Shown here one piece after another: positions 9,874-21,594 of a stretch of 64,000 nt of DNA (its first letter is position 1; each line of letters begins with the position of its first letter). The DNA is taken from the NCBI GenBank assembly GCA_964553245.1, contig CAZKJM010000001.1, positions 16,892 through 80,891 of the forward strand. Direction: 5' to 3'. Below the pieces are notes generated by a model that did not search any database, had not been told where the DNA came from, and saw nothing but the letters and a program-made list of their open reading frames with translations. The translations under genes and the position numbers were made by a program. The DNA comes from an uncultured Gammaproteobacteria bacterium (GTDB lineage: Bacteria > Patescibacteriota > Microgenomatia > Levybacterales > UBA12049).

Positions 9874-10380
9874 ATGGAAATTATTAAAGAATTTGGATTA
9901 GACCCAATATTATTGGGAGCTCAGGTTATAAACTTTTTAATAATTCTTTTTCTGTTAAAAAAATTTTTATACAAACCTCTTCTTGAAATGCTAAGTAAAC
10001 GTGAAGATGCAATAAAAGAAGGTATAAAACAGGCGGAAGAAGGAAGATTAACTTTGGAAAGAGCTCTTGACGAAGAAAAAAATATATTAAAACTTGCACA
10101 AAACCAAGCAAGGAAGATATTGTCAGAATCAAGAGAACAAGCATATATTTCCTCTAAGCAAATCGAGGAAACAACAAGAAAACAGGCAGAAAAAATACTG
10201 TCTGAAGCCAGAGATCAAATAACAGAGGAAACAAAACAGGCAGAAAAAATACTTTCTGAAAAAGTATTTGAACTATCATCTGAGCTTGTTAAAAAAACAT
10301 TAAATGAACTCATATCCGAAAAAGATGAAAAAATGCTCATAGAAAAGGCAATTAGAAAATTAAAAGATAAAAATGAATAA
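9874..10380 (+). CDS. atpF: ATP synthase F0 subunit b
   Basis: QVINFLIILFLLKKFLYKP TM anchor then coiled coil; operon position. Confidence 0.94.
   Translation: MEIIKEFGLDPILLGAQVINFLIILFLLKKFLYKPLLEMLSKREDAIKEGIKQAEEGRLTLERALDEEKNILKLAQNQARKILSESREQAYISSKQIEETTRKQAEKILSEARDQITEETKQAEKILSEKVFELSSELVKKTLNELISEKDEKMLIEKAIRKLKDKNE
10179..10260 (+). repeat. 28-nt direct repeat inside atpF (10179-10206 and 10233-10260, 27/28 identical)
   Basis: aaaacaggcagaaaaaatact(g/t)tctgaa twice, both encoding KQAEKILSE. Confidence 0.85.
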
Positions 10381-10729
10381 ATCAGATTTAAAAAACCTAG
10401 CTTTGGCAAGTTACAAAAACAATGAGTTATCATGGAAAAGGATAAGTAAAATTATTAAGCATCTTAATAAACCCGAACTAAGACATTACATAAAACTTCT
10501 TAAGATGCTTGAAAAACAAAAAACAATATCGATTATTTTACCAAAAACAACTTTAAAGCAAAGAAATGATGTTATAAAAAAATTTGCAAAGATTTACAAA
10601 AATAAAAAAATAGACATTTTGGAAAATAAAGATATGGTTTTAGGGATAAAGATTATTGATAATGATCTGATTTATGAATATAATCTTAATCACACATTAA
10701 ATAATATAAAAGATCAAATAATTAGATGA
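10373..10729 (+). CDS. atpH: ATP synthase delta subunit, short form
   Basis: Between atpF and atpA; C-terminal ENKDMVLGIKIIDNDLIYEYNL resembles the delta C-terminal motif. Confidence 0.7.
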   Translation: MNKSDLKNLALASYKNNELSWKRISKIIKHLNKPELRHYIKLLKMLEKQKTISIILPKTTLKQRNDVIKKFAKIYKNKKIDILENKDMVLGIKIIDNDLIYEYNLNHTLNNIKDQIIR

Positions 10730-10733
10730 GCTT

Positions 10734-12260
10734 ATGATAAATGGCGATAAAATTATAGAAAAACTGGAAGAAAAACTAAAAAGTTATTCGATTAATCCGA
10801 AGGTAGAAAACATAGGAATGGTTGAAAAAAATAACGACGGGGTAATTATTGCCTCCGGTTTATCTAAAGCATTTATGGGAGAAATGGTTGAATTCGAAGA
10901 TAAAACAACAGGAATGATTTTAAACTTGGATGAAGATACTGTTTCTATAATACTGCTTGGGTCTGGAGAAAATATTAAAGAAGGTTCAATGGTAAAAAGA
11001 ACGGAAACTATGCTTTCTATAAATGTATCCGAAGATTTAATAGGACGAGTTGTAAACCCATTAGGAGAAAGCTTAGATGGAAAAGGTAAAATAAAAAAAG
11101 GCAGGAATATGCCTCTTGAAAAAATCGCAGAGGGGGTTGTAGAAAGAGAACCAGTTAATATGCCTCTTAAAACCGGAATAAAAGCAATTGATTCAATGAC
11201 GCCAATTGGAAGAGGGCAAAGAGAATTAATTATAGGAGATCGGGGTCTTGGAAAAACAGCAATTGCAATCGACACAATCATTAATCAAAAACAAAGTACT
11301 GAATCGGAAAAATTACCAAAAACAATATGTATTTATGTTGCAATTGGTCAAAAACAAAGTAGAATTGCGCAGATCGTAGAGAAACTAAAAGAATCGGAAG
11401 CGCTTCCCTACACCATTATTGTTAACGCATCTGCATCTGACCCGGTTGCCTTACAATATCTTGCGCCTTACGCAGGTTCAGCAATCGCAGAATACTTTAT
11501 GGAAAAAGGACAAGATGCGCTAGTAATATACGACGACTTAACAAAACACGCATGGGCTTATAGACAAATTTCGCTTGTTTTAAAAAGACCCGCGGGAAGA
11601 GAAGCCTATCCAGGAGACATATTTTATCTCCATAGCCGACTACTAGAGCGTGCAGTAAAATTAAATAAAGCGCTCGGAGGAGGATCAATAACAGCATTAC
11701 CCATAATCGAAACTCAAGCAAATGATTTATCTGCATATATTCCAACTAACGTTATATCTATAACCGACGGACAAATATATTTACAAGCAGACCTATTTAA
11801 CAGTGGAATGAGACCGGCAATTGATGCGGGAAACTCAGTATCAAGAGTCGGTGGATCAGCTCAAACTGCCGCTATAAAATCAATATCGGGGAAGTTAAGA
11901 ATAGAACTTGCACAATACAGAGAACTTGCAGTATTCGCTCAGTTTGGAAGCGAACTGGATGAAGCAACTTCAAAACAACTTGAAAGAGGAAAAAGATTAA
12001 TCGAGATTTTAAAACAGCCCCAATATCAACCACTCTCAGGGGCTCTTGAGTATTTAAGTCTTTGGGCTGTAACAAATGGATATCTAGACGACGTAATTGT
12101 GGAAAACGTTCAAAAATTTGAAAAAGAGTACCATGAATATTTTAAAACAAGACAACAGAAAGTATTAAATATACTTGCTAAAGGAGAAAAACTTACACCC
12201 GAAACCATAAAGATTATAGAAAAAGCAACATTGGAATTTAAGAAAGGATTTACCGCTTAA
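10734..12260 (+). CDS. atpA: ATP synthase F1 alpha
   Basis: GRGQRELIIGDRGLGKT, GREAYPGDIFYLHSRLLER, SVSRVGG. Confidence 0.98.
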   Translation: MINGDKIIEKLEEKLKSYSINPKVENIGMVEKNNDGVIIASGLSKAFMGEMVEFEDKTTGMILNLDEDTVSIILLGSGENIKEGSMVKRTETMLSINVSEDLIGRVVNPLGESLDGKGKIKKGRNMPLEKIAEGVVEREPVNMPLKTGIKAIDSMTPIGRGQRELIIGDRGLGKTAIAIDTIINQKQSTESEKLPKTICIYVAIGQKQSRIAQIVEKLKESEALPYTIIVNASASDPVALQYLAPYAGSAIAEYFMEKGQDALVIYDDLTKHAWAYRQISLVLKRPAGREAYPGDIFYLHSRLLERAVKLNKALGGGSITALPIIETQANDLSAYIPTNVISITDGQIYLQADLFNSGMRPAIDAGNSVSRVGGSAQTAAIKSISGKLRIELAQYRELAVFAQFGSELDEATSKQLERGKRLIEILKQPQYQPLSGALEYLSLWAVTNGYLDDVIVENVQKFEKEYHEYFKTRQQKVLNILAKGEKLTPETIKIIEKATLEFKKGFTA

Positions 12261-12261
12261 A

Positions 12262-14536
<2,275 letters not shown>

Positions 14537-14544
14537 ATCTATTT

Positions 14545-14973
14545 ATGACAACACTTCTTGAGATAATTACCCCAACGAAGTTAATATTACGTGAAGAAGT
14601 TGAAGAAGTAATCGTACCTACGCTTGATGGAGAAATCGCAATACTCCCAAACCACATCAAACTCTTAACTATGATTACTAATGGAGAATTGATTGTTAAA
14701 AAAAATAGTAAATCAACCTCCTATGCAATTACAGGAGGTTTTCTTGAAGTAGAAAATAATATCGTAAAAATATTAGCAGACTATGCCATTAGAGCAGATG
14801 ACATTGAATTGGCAAAAGTTCAAGAAGCTCACGAAAGAGCAAAAAAACTTATGGAAGAAAGAAGAGGTAAAGAAAATTTTGCATTCGCGGAATCAGAATT
14901 AAAAAGATCTCTCCTGGAATTAAAGCTCGCAAAAAAATATAAACCCAAATTGTCAAACAAATTCACTTCGTAA
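14545..14973 (+). CDS. atpC: ATP synthase F1 epsilon
   Basis: LEIITP, GEIAILPNH, GGFLEV, C-terminal helices. Confidence 0.96.
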   Translation: MTTLLEIITPTKLILREEVEEVIVPTLDGEIAILPNHIKLLTMITNGELIVKKNSKSTSYAITGGFLEVENNIVKILADYAIRADDIELAKVQEAHERAKKLMEERRGKENFAFAESELKRSLLELKLAKKYKPKLSNKFTS

Positions 14974-14975
14974 AT

Positions 14976-15004
14976 TTGCCAATTATAAGGAAATTTCATA
15001 CAAT
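14976..15004 (+). promoter_or_regulatory. Promoter of tRNA-Thr (TTGCCA-17-TACAAT)
   Basis: Near-consensus hexamers ending 8 nt before the tRNA 5' end. Confidence 0.65.
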
Positions 15005-15012
15005 TCTAATAT

Positions 15013-15083
15013 GCCGATATAGCTTAACGGCAGAGCAGCGGTTTCGTAAACCGTCGACGACAGTTCGATTCTGTCTATCGGCT
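15013..15083 (+). tRNA. tRNA-Thr(CGT), CCA not encoded
   Basis: Cloverleaf: acceptor GCCGATA/TATCGGC, D arm GCTT/GAGC, anticodon arm GCGGT-TTCGTAA-ACCGT, T arm GACAG-TTCGATT-CTGTC. Confidence 0.93.
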
Positions 15084-15087
15084 CAAA

Positions 15088-15795
15088 ATGAAAAGAACAA
15101 GACTATCTAGAAGATTAGAAAGAAAAACAAAAAAAACCTTTTTTTTAATGGCAATTACTATAATTGCCGTTTTGATTGCTTTTTTTAAATTTGGAATTCC
15201 TCTATTAATAAATGTAAGCTTATTTATATCTGGTATCGGTAAGAGTAATGAGATTGTTAAAAATGAACAAAAAAATTATATTGCTCCACCAACTATTAAT
15301 CCTTTAATTAGCGCAACAAATAGTGCGGAAATAAAAATAACCGGAAACGCGTTTAAAGATCAAAATATTTCTCTTTATGTAAACAACCGTTTTATTGAAT
15401 CAAATAAAACAAATGAAAAAGGTGAGTTTAGCTTTGAATATGTTTTGGAAAAGGGAGAAAATGAAATAAAAATAAGGGCAAAACAGGGAAATGATCAAAG
15501 TGACTTTTCACCTAGTCAAACTGTAAACTATATCAATAACCAACCTACTCTTGATATTAACACGCCAACAGACGGTCAAAATTTTTCGAAAGATAATAAA
15601 ACAGTAGAAGTTACAGGTAAAACAGATCCAGATGTGATAGTGACCGTAAATGATTTTATAGCAATATTAGACGAGAATAATAATTTTAAACACATCCTTA
15701 CACTTCGCGACGGTGATAACGAAATTATAGTATCTGCAACAGATCCTGCAGGCAATAAAATACAAAAAACCGTAAAAGTTAAGTATTCTCCGTAA
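15088..15795 (+). CDS. Membrane-anchored protein with two bacterial Ig-like domains
   Basis: Basic N-terminus, one TM helix, beta-rich repeats (LEKGENEIKIRAK; LRDGDNEIIVSATDPAGN). Confidence 0.75.
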   Translation: MKRTRLSRRLERKTKKTFFLMAITIIAVLIAFFKFGIPLLINVSLFISGIGKSNEIVKNEQKNYIAPPTINPLISATNSAEIKITGNAFKDQNISLYVNNRFIESNKTNEKGEFSFEYVLEKGENEIKIRAKQGNDQSDFSPSQTVNYINNQPTLDINTPTDGQNFSKDNKTVEVTGKTDPDVIVTVNDFIAILDENNNFKHILTLRDGDNEIIVSATDPAGNKIQKTVKVKYSP

Positions 15796-16975
15796 TGCCA
15801 AGCAATATCCAAAACCATAATAAAAGAGGATAATAGAATAAGCTATTAATAAAAAATCCACTAATTATTAACGCAAATAACGAGCAGATAACTGTAACAT
15901 GTAAATACTTATTTTTTTTACTAGAATAATTTATTGCGTTAATTAAGATTGTCCTAATTAGAATAATGTAAGAAATAAAACCAATAACTCCCGTTGTTGC
16001 TAATATAAACAAAAAGCTATTGTCAGCACCCGACCCCGAATGAGTTATCTCCCACTGAGGTCCCCTTAAGTAACCATATTTATACTGGGAATATCTATAC
16101 GCATTAAACCCAACACCAAATATTGGGTTTTTTGCAAATATTTCAACTGCAGCCGTCGAATTTTTAAGTCTTTCTGTAGATGAAGTAATCCTTAATATAT
16201 TGGTACCTTCAGTTTTAAATGCCCTTGGCGACAAAAACAACATTATTATAAATATTAAAAACACAACAATAACATACTTTGTTTTTTTAATTAAAATTAA
16301 AAAAACAATAATAGAAGTAATCAAAGCTAAGATTGCACTTCTTGAATAGGTTAAATAAACCGCTAAAACAGATAAGAAGAACAGAATAAATAATAAAAAT
16401 TTATGTTTTAATTTATTAAAAGGTATTAAAAACCCTAAGGTAAATATACTAAATAAAGTAAAAAAACACCCAGCGAAATTTGGATCAAAAAAGGAAGAGA
16501 ACATTCTATATAAATGTTCGTCCCAGCCTTTATAATATAAATTTTTAAGACTAGGATAATAAAAGTACTGCATAAATCCTATACCTACTATAATGCTCCC
16601 TGCGTAAAGCATTAATTTTTTTACTTTTAGTTTTGAATTTTTGTCTAACGAAACAGTAATAAAATATAAGTTCGCGTAAATTATCCACCGAATCAAATAA
16701 ATAAACGATACTACTAGAGCTTCTGCTTCGTAATTAAAAATATTTACTAAAAACGATGTCAAACAGGCAATAGCAAATAAAATAATACTCTTGGAAAGTT
16801 TTCCCTTAAACGTATGTTTCTTAGTTATTATTAAAATAATATAAACAATAAAAGCTAAAGCAACTAAAAAATCATTTAAGGTAAAAGTAATATTTTTATA
16901 TAAATTAAATCTTGCAAGTTCAAGAAACGGATAGAACAATAGTAAACAGTAGATTAAATATTTTAATATTGACAT
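15779..16975 (-). CDS. O-antigen ligase / oligosaccharyltransferase family (Wzy_C) protein
   Basis: Multi-TM; R..S.F.DPNF, LTYSRSA, NPIFGVGFN, ADNSFL...ATTGVIG. Confidence 0.85.
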   Translation of the reverse strand: MSILKYLIYCLLLFYPFLELARFNLYKNITFTLNDFLVALAFIVYIILIITKKHTFKGKLSKSIILFAIACLTSFLVNIFNYEAEALVVSFIYLIRWIIYANLYFITVSLDKNSKLKVKKLMLYAGSIIVGIGFMQYFYYPSLKNLYYKGWDEHLYRMFSSFFDPNFAGCFFTLFSIFTLGFLIPFNKLKHKFLLFILFFLSVLAVYLTYSRSAILALITSIIVFLILIKKTKYVIVVFLIFIIMLFLSPRAFKTEGTNILRITSSTERLKNSTAAVEIFAKNPIFGVGFNAYRYSQYKYGYLRGPQWEITHSGSGADNSFLFILATTGVIGFISYIILIRTILINAINYSSKKNKYLHVTVICSLFALIISGFFINSLFYYPLLLWFWILLGITENT

Positions 16976-18567
16976 TTTTCTTTCTCTAACGAATATAATT
17001 TTATCAAAGTTTTAGGGTTTTGATATATCATCTTCCAATTCTTAAATCTTTTAGGTATTTCTGAATTTTGAACTGCAATATAATTAAAATAATCTCCCTT
17101 TTTTACCCATGACGAATCAATATAAGGAAAATCAACGTAAAATAGATTGTGAAAGCCAAATAGTAGTACTTTATCGTTCTTAGTTATGTTTTGTTTAAAA
17201 TACAGGTCAGTGTCATAAAAATCTCCGAAACCGTAATCTAAATTATTGGATAAAAACTCATTTTTTGATATTTGCCCAAAAATTACAGGTAAATATTTGG
17301 CATTTGCCAATGTCCGGTAAAAAAGCGAGGAAAAGGTAACCAATATTACGCAGATTATAAGTATTTTTTTAATGTACTTATCTTTAACCAAATTAATTGT
17401 TAATGAACATAAAACTGCAAATCCTCCAGTGTAAGGCAAGGCAAATCTATTCCCTCCGATTTTGTATAATAAAATACTAAAAACGATCGCAAATATAAAA
17501 TATATTGTAAGAATCTTAAAATATTTATTTGATTTTTTGTACATAGTAATAATCAAAGGAAATATAAGAATATAAACAGGATTAATCGGGTCACTTGAAA
17601 AGAGAAAAATGTTAAAAAAGTTGCTAAAAAAACTCTGAATCTGAAAAAAGGAGTAATCTGCATTTAACACGTTACCGATAGGATATATTGGGTTTCCCGT
17701 GTTAAAAAAAGAAAACATTAACCACGGTAAGGGTGGTATCAAGGCAGCCACAAAGTAAGAAATCATTGCCTTGATTATCTCTTTTTTCTTTTGATTACTA
17801 TTATATAAATAATAACCAATTAACAACAAAAATATAAATAAACTTACAAAGGACACAATTTTTGCGGCAATCGCAAGCCCAAGTAGAATTCCGGAAAAAT
17901 ATAACCATATATTCTTTTTGTGTCTAATCCATTTTATAAATGCCCAAAGAGCCACCACTTCATAGAAAGTTCTTCCTAAATCAATATAAGCAGTAATTGA
18001 TTCCCAACCAACGGTTAAACTTGAATAAAAGATCAAGGATGCAATAAGCGACAATTTCCTATCCATAAATTCCCTTGAGAGTCCGTAAATCGCTCCAATA
18101 ACTAATAATCCAAAACCAAGATGAATAAACTTTGGAAACTCTTCAATTCCGGTTGAAAGACCAAAGACATAGAGCATTTCTACTAATTTCGGCATGGCAG
18201 AATAATACAAGAGACCACCGGGAATAAAATAAATTGAATGACTTGAAAGATATATCTTAGGAAGCGTTAAGTGATACCATAATGCATCAAATGATAATTC
18301 AGGACCCAATGCTCCAATTAAATTTACGAATATTTGTATAATTAACAAAATTAACAAATATAGGCTTATTTTATCTTTGTTTAATTGTTTTAAAAGTAAA
18401 AATAAATTGAGTTTAAATAATTTATTATTTCTAGATCTAGTTACAATAAAAACTAATATTGAAAATAATGTCAGAATATAAATATTGACCTGATAAAGAA
18501 TACCCAATAAGCCAAAAATAAAAATTAAATAAGAATAAATTCCAATTGCCACTGCTAAGGAGAACAT
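16963..18567 (-). CDS. GT-C membrane glycosyltransferase (ArnT/PMT-like)
   Basis: Many TM helices; FDALWYHLTLPK loop motif, AYIDL, GLAIAAK, TGNPIYP. Confidence 0.75.
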   Translation of the reverse strand: MFSLAVAIGIYSYLIFIFGLLGILYQVNIYILTLFSILVFIVTRSRNNKLFKLNLFLLLKQLNKDKISLYLLILLIIQIFVNLIGALGPELSFDALWYHLTLPKIYLSSHSIYFIPGGLLYYSAMPKLVEMLYVFGLSTGIEEFPKFIHLGFGLLVIGAIYGLSREFMDRKLSLIASLIFYSSLTVGWESITAYIDLGRTFYEVVALWAFIKWIRHKKNIWLYFSGILLGLAIAAKIVSFVSLFIFLLLIGYYLYNSNQKKKEIIKAMISYFVAALIPPLPWLMFSFFNTGNPIYPIGNVLNADYSFFQIQSFFSNFFNIFLFSSDPINPVYILIFPLIITMYKKSNKYFKILTIYFIFAIVFSILLYKIGGNRFALPYTGGFAVLCSLTINLVKDKYIKKILIICVILVTFSSLFYRTLANAKYLPVIFGQISKNEFLSNNLDYGFGDFYDTDLYFKQNITKNDKVLLFGFHNLFYVDFPYIDSSWVKKGDYFNYIAVQNSEIPKRFKNWKMIYQNPKTLIKLYSLEKEKCQY

Positions 18568-18572
18568 AAATT

Positions 18573-18677
18573 CTAAATATACCTATTCAATCCTTTATTA
18601 ATAATATTAATTACGTAAGTAATTAAAATAAGAATTGCCCATAATAAAAATGATATTCTTGCTATTCTTTTTTCCAT
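18573..18677 (-). CDS. Putative 34-aa single-TM peptide MEKRIARISFLLWAILILITYVINIINKGLNRYI (not in ORF track)
   Basis: Translated by hand; overlaps upstream GT2 stop by 16 nt, ends 5 nt before next ATG; basic N-terminus plus hydrophobic stretch. Confidence 0.5.
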   Translation of the reverse strand: MEKRIARISFLLWAILILITYVINIINKGLNRYI

Positions 18678-19405
18678 AACATCCATAACTTACCACGAAC
18701 AAGAAAGGAATGCATGCTCATCATTACAGCAAGCATTAAGCCCCTTATTCCATCAAAAATACCAAGTAAGAAAATATAATCTTTAATAAATTTACCCAAA
18801 GGATAAAGGAAAATTAAAAATGAATTTGTTTTAATCTTGTTTTCGAATAACTCATTCGCTCTAATCTCGGTATAAAAATTAATTTCTTTAAGAAACTCAT
18901 TTATTGTTTGATGTGGAAAATGAATTATTGGGTTATTAAGTTTTCCAATTTTACCCTTTACTTTTAGCACTTCGTGAATCTTTCCATTAAATGTTCCACT
19001 ATCTTTTTTAAAAAACCTTATTAATGAAATATTCCCTTGCTCTCCATATTTGATTTTTTTCCCCCATATAACATCTGTTCTTTTTAAAGAATATGCATCT
19101 TTATCTGATTTAAAATCTAAAATTCCCAAAATTTCATTTCTAAGTTCTTCGGGTATTCTTTCATCTGCATCAACAATTAATATCCACTCTGAGTCAACCT
19201 TACTTACTCCATAGTTTCTTTGCAAAGAAAAGTCGTTATTGAGATTTCTTTTATATACCGTAGCACCATTTGCTTTAGCGATTTGTACAGTATCATCGGT
19301 AGAATAATCATCTATAACTATTATTTTATCTGTCCAATTAAGGCTTTTTATGCACTCCTTAATATTATTCTCTTCGTTTTTAGTAAGAATTATTGATGTA
19401 ATCAT
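18662..19405 (-). CDS. GT2 glycosyltransferase (beta-1,4-glucosyltransferase/WaaE-like)
   Basis: IILTKNEE, DDYSTD, QRN, VDADE, HE. Confidence 0.88.
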   Translation of the reverse strand: MITSIILTKNEENNIKECIKSLNWTDKIIVIDDYSTDDTVQIAKANGATVYKRNLNNDFSLQRNYGVSKVDSEWILIVDADERIPEELRNEILGILDFKSDKDAYSLKRTDVIWGKKIKYGEQGNISLIRFFKKDSGTFNGKIHEVLKVKGKIGKLNNPIIHFPHQTINEFLKEINFYTEIRANELFENKIKTNSFLIFLYPLGKFIKDYIFLLGIFDGIRGLMLAVMMSMHSFLVRGKLWMLWKKE

Positions 19406-21594
19406 TTAGTTATTATTATTTTATCACCACGTTCTTCTATATAATACTTTAATTCCTGGTTTTTCTCTAAATTAGTTTTACCCAACCACCATAACAAATA
19501 TTCATATGGCATAATAAAACTTCTAAATTTACTTCCTTCTCCTTTTCCAGTTATGATAAAATTTCGATTTTTAGAATCACTTATAATTTTTTTACTGGCA
19601 TTGATTTTTCTTTCTAAATCATTATTTAAAAACTTTTTTGAATTAAAAATTGAATACGTATTTAAAGTAATTGTTAATAGTATTAATGTAATCCCAAATA
19701 TTTTGCTTATACTAATTATTTTTTTATAAAAAACTGCTGTCAAAATTACAAACGCTGGAAAAACAATTGGCATATATGCATCAGATAATGTTTTTGACAA
19801 TATAATTCCGGTAAAAGAAAAAAATATCCAAGCGAGCAGTAAAATGATTGATTTGTTTTTTTTGTAATCTTTAGATAAATAAATAAAATACAAGAGTGAT
19901 AATAAAAAAATTATACCTGCAATTAAATTTGACATTGGGAAAATTAAGTTTTTAAAATACATAAAAAAGTAGTTAAATTGAGAAAAAATGTTGATGTTTT
20001 CCGTAATCAAATCATTTTTAAACGGAATAATAAAGCTAACTAATTTATATCCTATCCAAATAATAAACTTTAACGTCTGAGGAAAACCATTATGGAAATC
20101 ATAATAAATCATAGGAATCATTGGTGTTAACAATAAAATTAAAGAATAAAAGATTGTATCCTTATTCATTATTCTCTTATACCAACTTGTTCTTTTTAAA
20201 TATCCGTAAATAAAAAAAGTTATAAAAATAATCCAAAGCGCAGCAGTTGCAAGCTCTAAATTATAAAGAATCCCTAAATATAAAAAAATTAACGGAAAAT
20301 ATCTTTTATTTCCGTTAATCCAATTAAAAAGTGAATGAATATATAAAACAGTAAAAATAGGTATTGGGCTTGTATGATAAGGCATTCTTGAGAAATTAAT
20401 AACAAGAGGTGAAGTTGCATAAAGTATTGTAGAAATTATTGCTACATTTTTATTAAAAATCTGTTTTGTACATAAATAAATCGCGTAAATCGTAATTATG
20501 CTAATAATTATTGATAAATAAGCTCCGCTTATTGGATTAAAGTTAAATAAATAAAGAAAAGGAATTAGTAAATAAGTCCAAAATGGTCCTTGATGAAGCC
20601 ATGTATGACTTGACGCGATTCCCACCAAGGGAAAATTACCGTTTATTAAAAAATCTCTTGCAGAGATGTAAAACCATGCTTGATCCCCAATAAATACCAT
20701 TGACTTATTAATATTATAAGTAGCTATAAAAAGAAAAAATAAACTTAAAAATAAAAGAATTATTGAATTTATACTTAATCTCGAAGTTAATTCCACAAAA
20801 AATGATGATATTAAACCATAATTTTTTCTAAAGTAATATAACCTGCTTTTTTTAAAAATACTGTCCTTGTTTTTTAACTGTTTAGTACTAACACCCCATT
20901 TATGAATAACTTTTGCAGAAGTAATAATATAGTTTTTATAACCAAGGTCTCTTATCCTTTTACAAAGATCAAATTCCTCAAAATACAAAAAAAACTGTTC
21001 ATCAAACATACCGATTTTTTCAAAAAAATCTTTTTTAACCATAAATGCAGTTCCAGGAACGACATCTACTTCTTTATTTTTATTTTTATTCCAATCTTTC
21101 AACCAATATTCATTTGCAATTTTATTATTTTTAAAAATATTACCCAGAATAGTTAAAGAAAAAATTGCATTTTTTGGACTTAAGATTTTTGTTCCTTGAA
21201 GAGAATATAAAGCTTTATTGTTTTTAAGCAATAATGGCGCAACTAGTCCAATCTTTTTTTTATTTCTTATAAATTTATATAAATTTTCAATTGCTCCCTT
21301 TTTTACGATAGTATCGGGATTAAGAAAAAATAAGAATTCTCCTTTGGCGATTTTTTCTCCATAATTAATCCCTGCTCCAAACCCTAAATTATGTGGAGAT
21401 TTAATATACTTTACATTCGGGTATTTTTTTATTAAAGCTTTTTTTAAGTTATTTTTGCTATCATTGTCTACGACTATTATTTCAAAGCTAACACTCGAGT
21501 TTGAACTATAAATCGAATCTATGCAATTTAATATTTCTTTTTTAACTTTATAATTAACGATAATTATTGAAACCTCAACTTTATATTCACTCAT
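19402..21594 (-). CDS. Fusion of GT2 (WbbL-like) and GT-C (ArnT/PMT-like) domains
   Basis: N-term IIIVNY, VDNDS, LNPDT, FDEQFFLYFEEFDLC; C-term multi-TM with FIGDQAWFY, HQGPFW. Confidence 0.8.
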   Translation of the reverse strand: MSEYKVEVSIIIVNYKVKKEILNCIDSIYSSNSSVSFEIIVVDNDSKNNLKKALIKKYPNVKYIKSPHNLGFGAGINYGEKIAKGEFLFFLNPDTIVKKGAIENLYKFIRNKKKIGLVAPLLLKNNKALYSLQGTKILSPKNAIFSLTILGNIFKNNKIANEYWLKDWNKNKNKEVDVVPGTAFMVKKDFFEKIGMFDEQFFLYFEEFDLCKRIRDLGYKNYIITSAKVIHKWGVSTKQLKNKDSIFKKSRLYYFRKNYGLISSFFVELTSRLSINSIILLFLSLFFLFIATYNINKSMVFIGDQAWFYISARDFLINGNFPLVGIASSHTWLHQGPFWTYLLIPFLYLFNFNPISGAYLSIIISIITIYAIYLCTKQIFNKNVAIISTILYATSPLVINFSRMPYHTSPIPIFTVLYIHSLFNWINGNKRYFPLIFLYLGILYNLELATAALWIIFITFFIYGYLKRTSWYKRIMNKDTIFYSLILLLTPMIPMIYYDFHNGFPQTLKFIIWIGYKLVSFIIPFKNDLITENINIFSQFNYFFMYFKNLIFPMSNLIAGIIFLLSLLYFIYLSKDYKKNKSIILLLAWIFFSFTGIILSKTLSDAYMPIVFPAFVILTAVFYKKIISISKIFGITLILLTITLNTYSIFNSKKFLNNDLERKINASKKIISDSKNRNFIITGKGEGSKFRSFIMPYEYLLWWLGKTNLEKNQELKYYIEERGDKIIITK

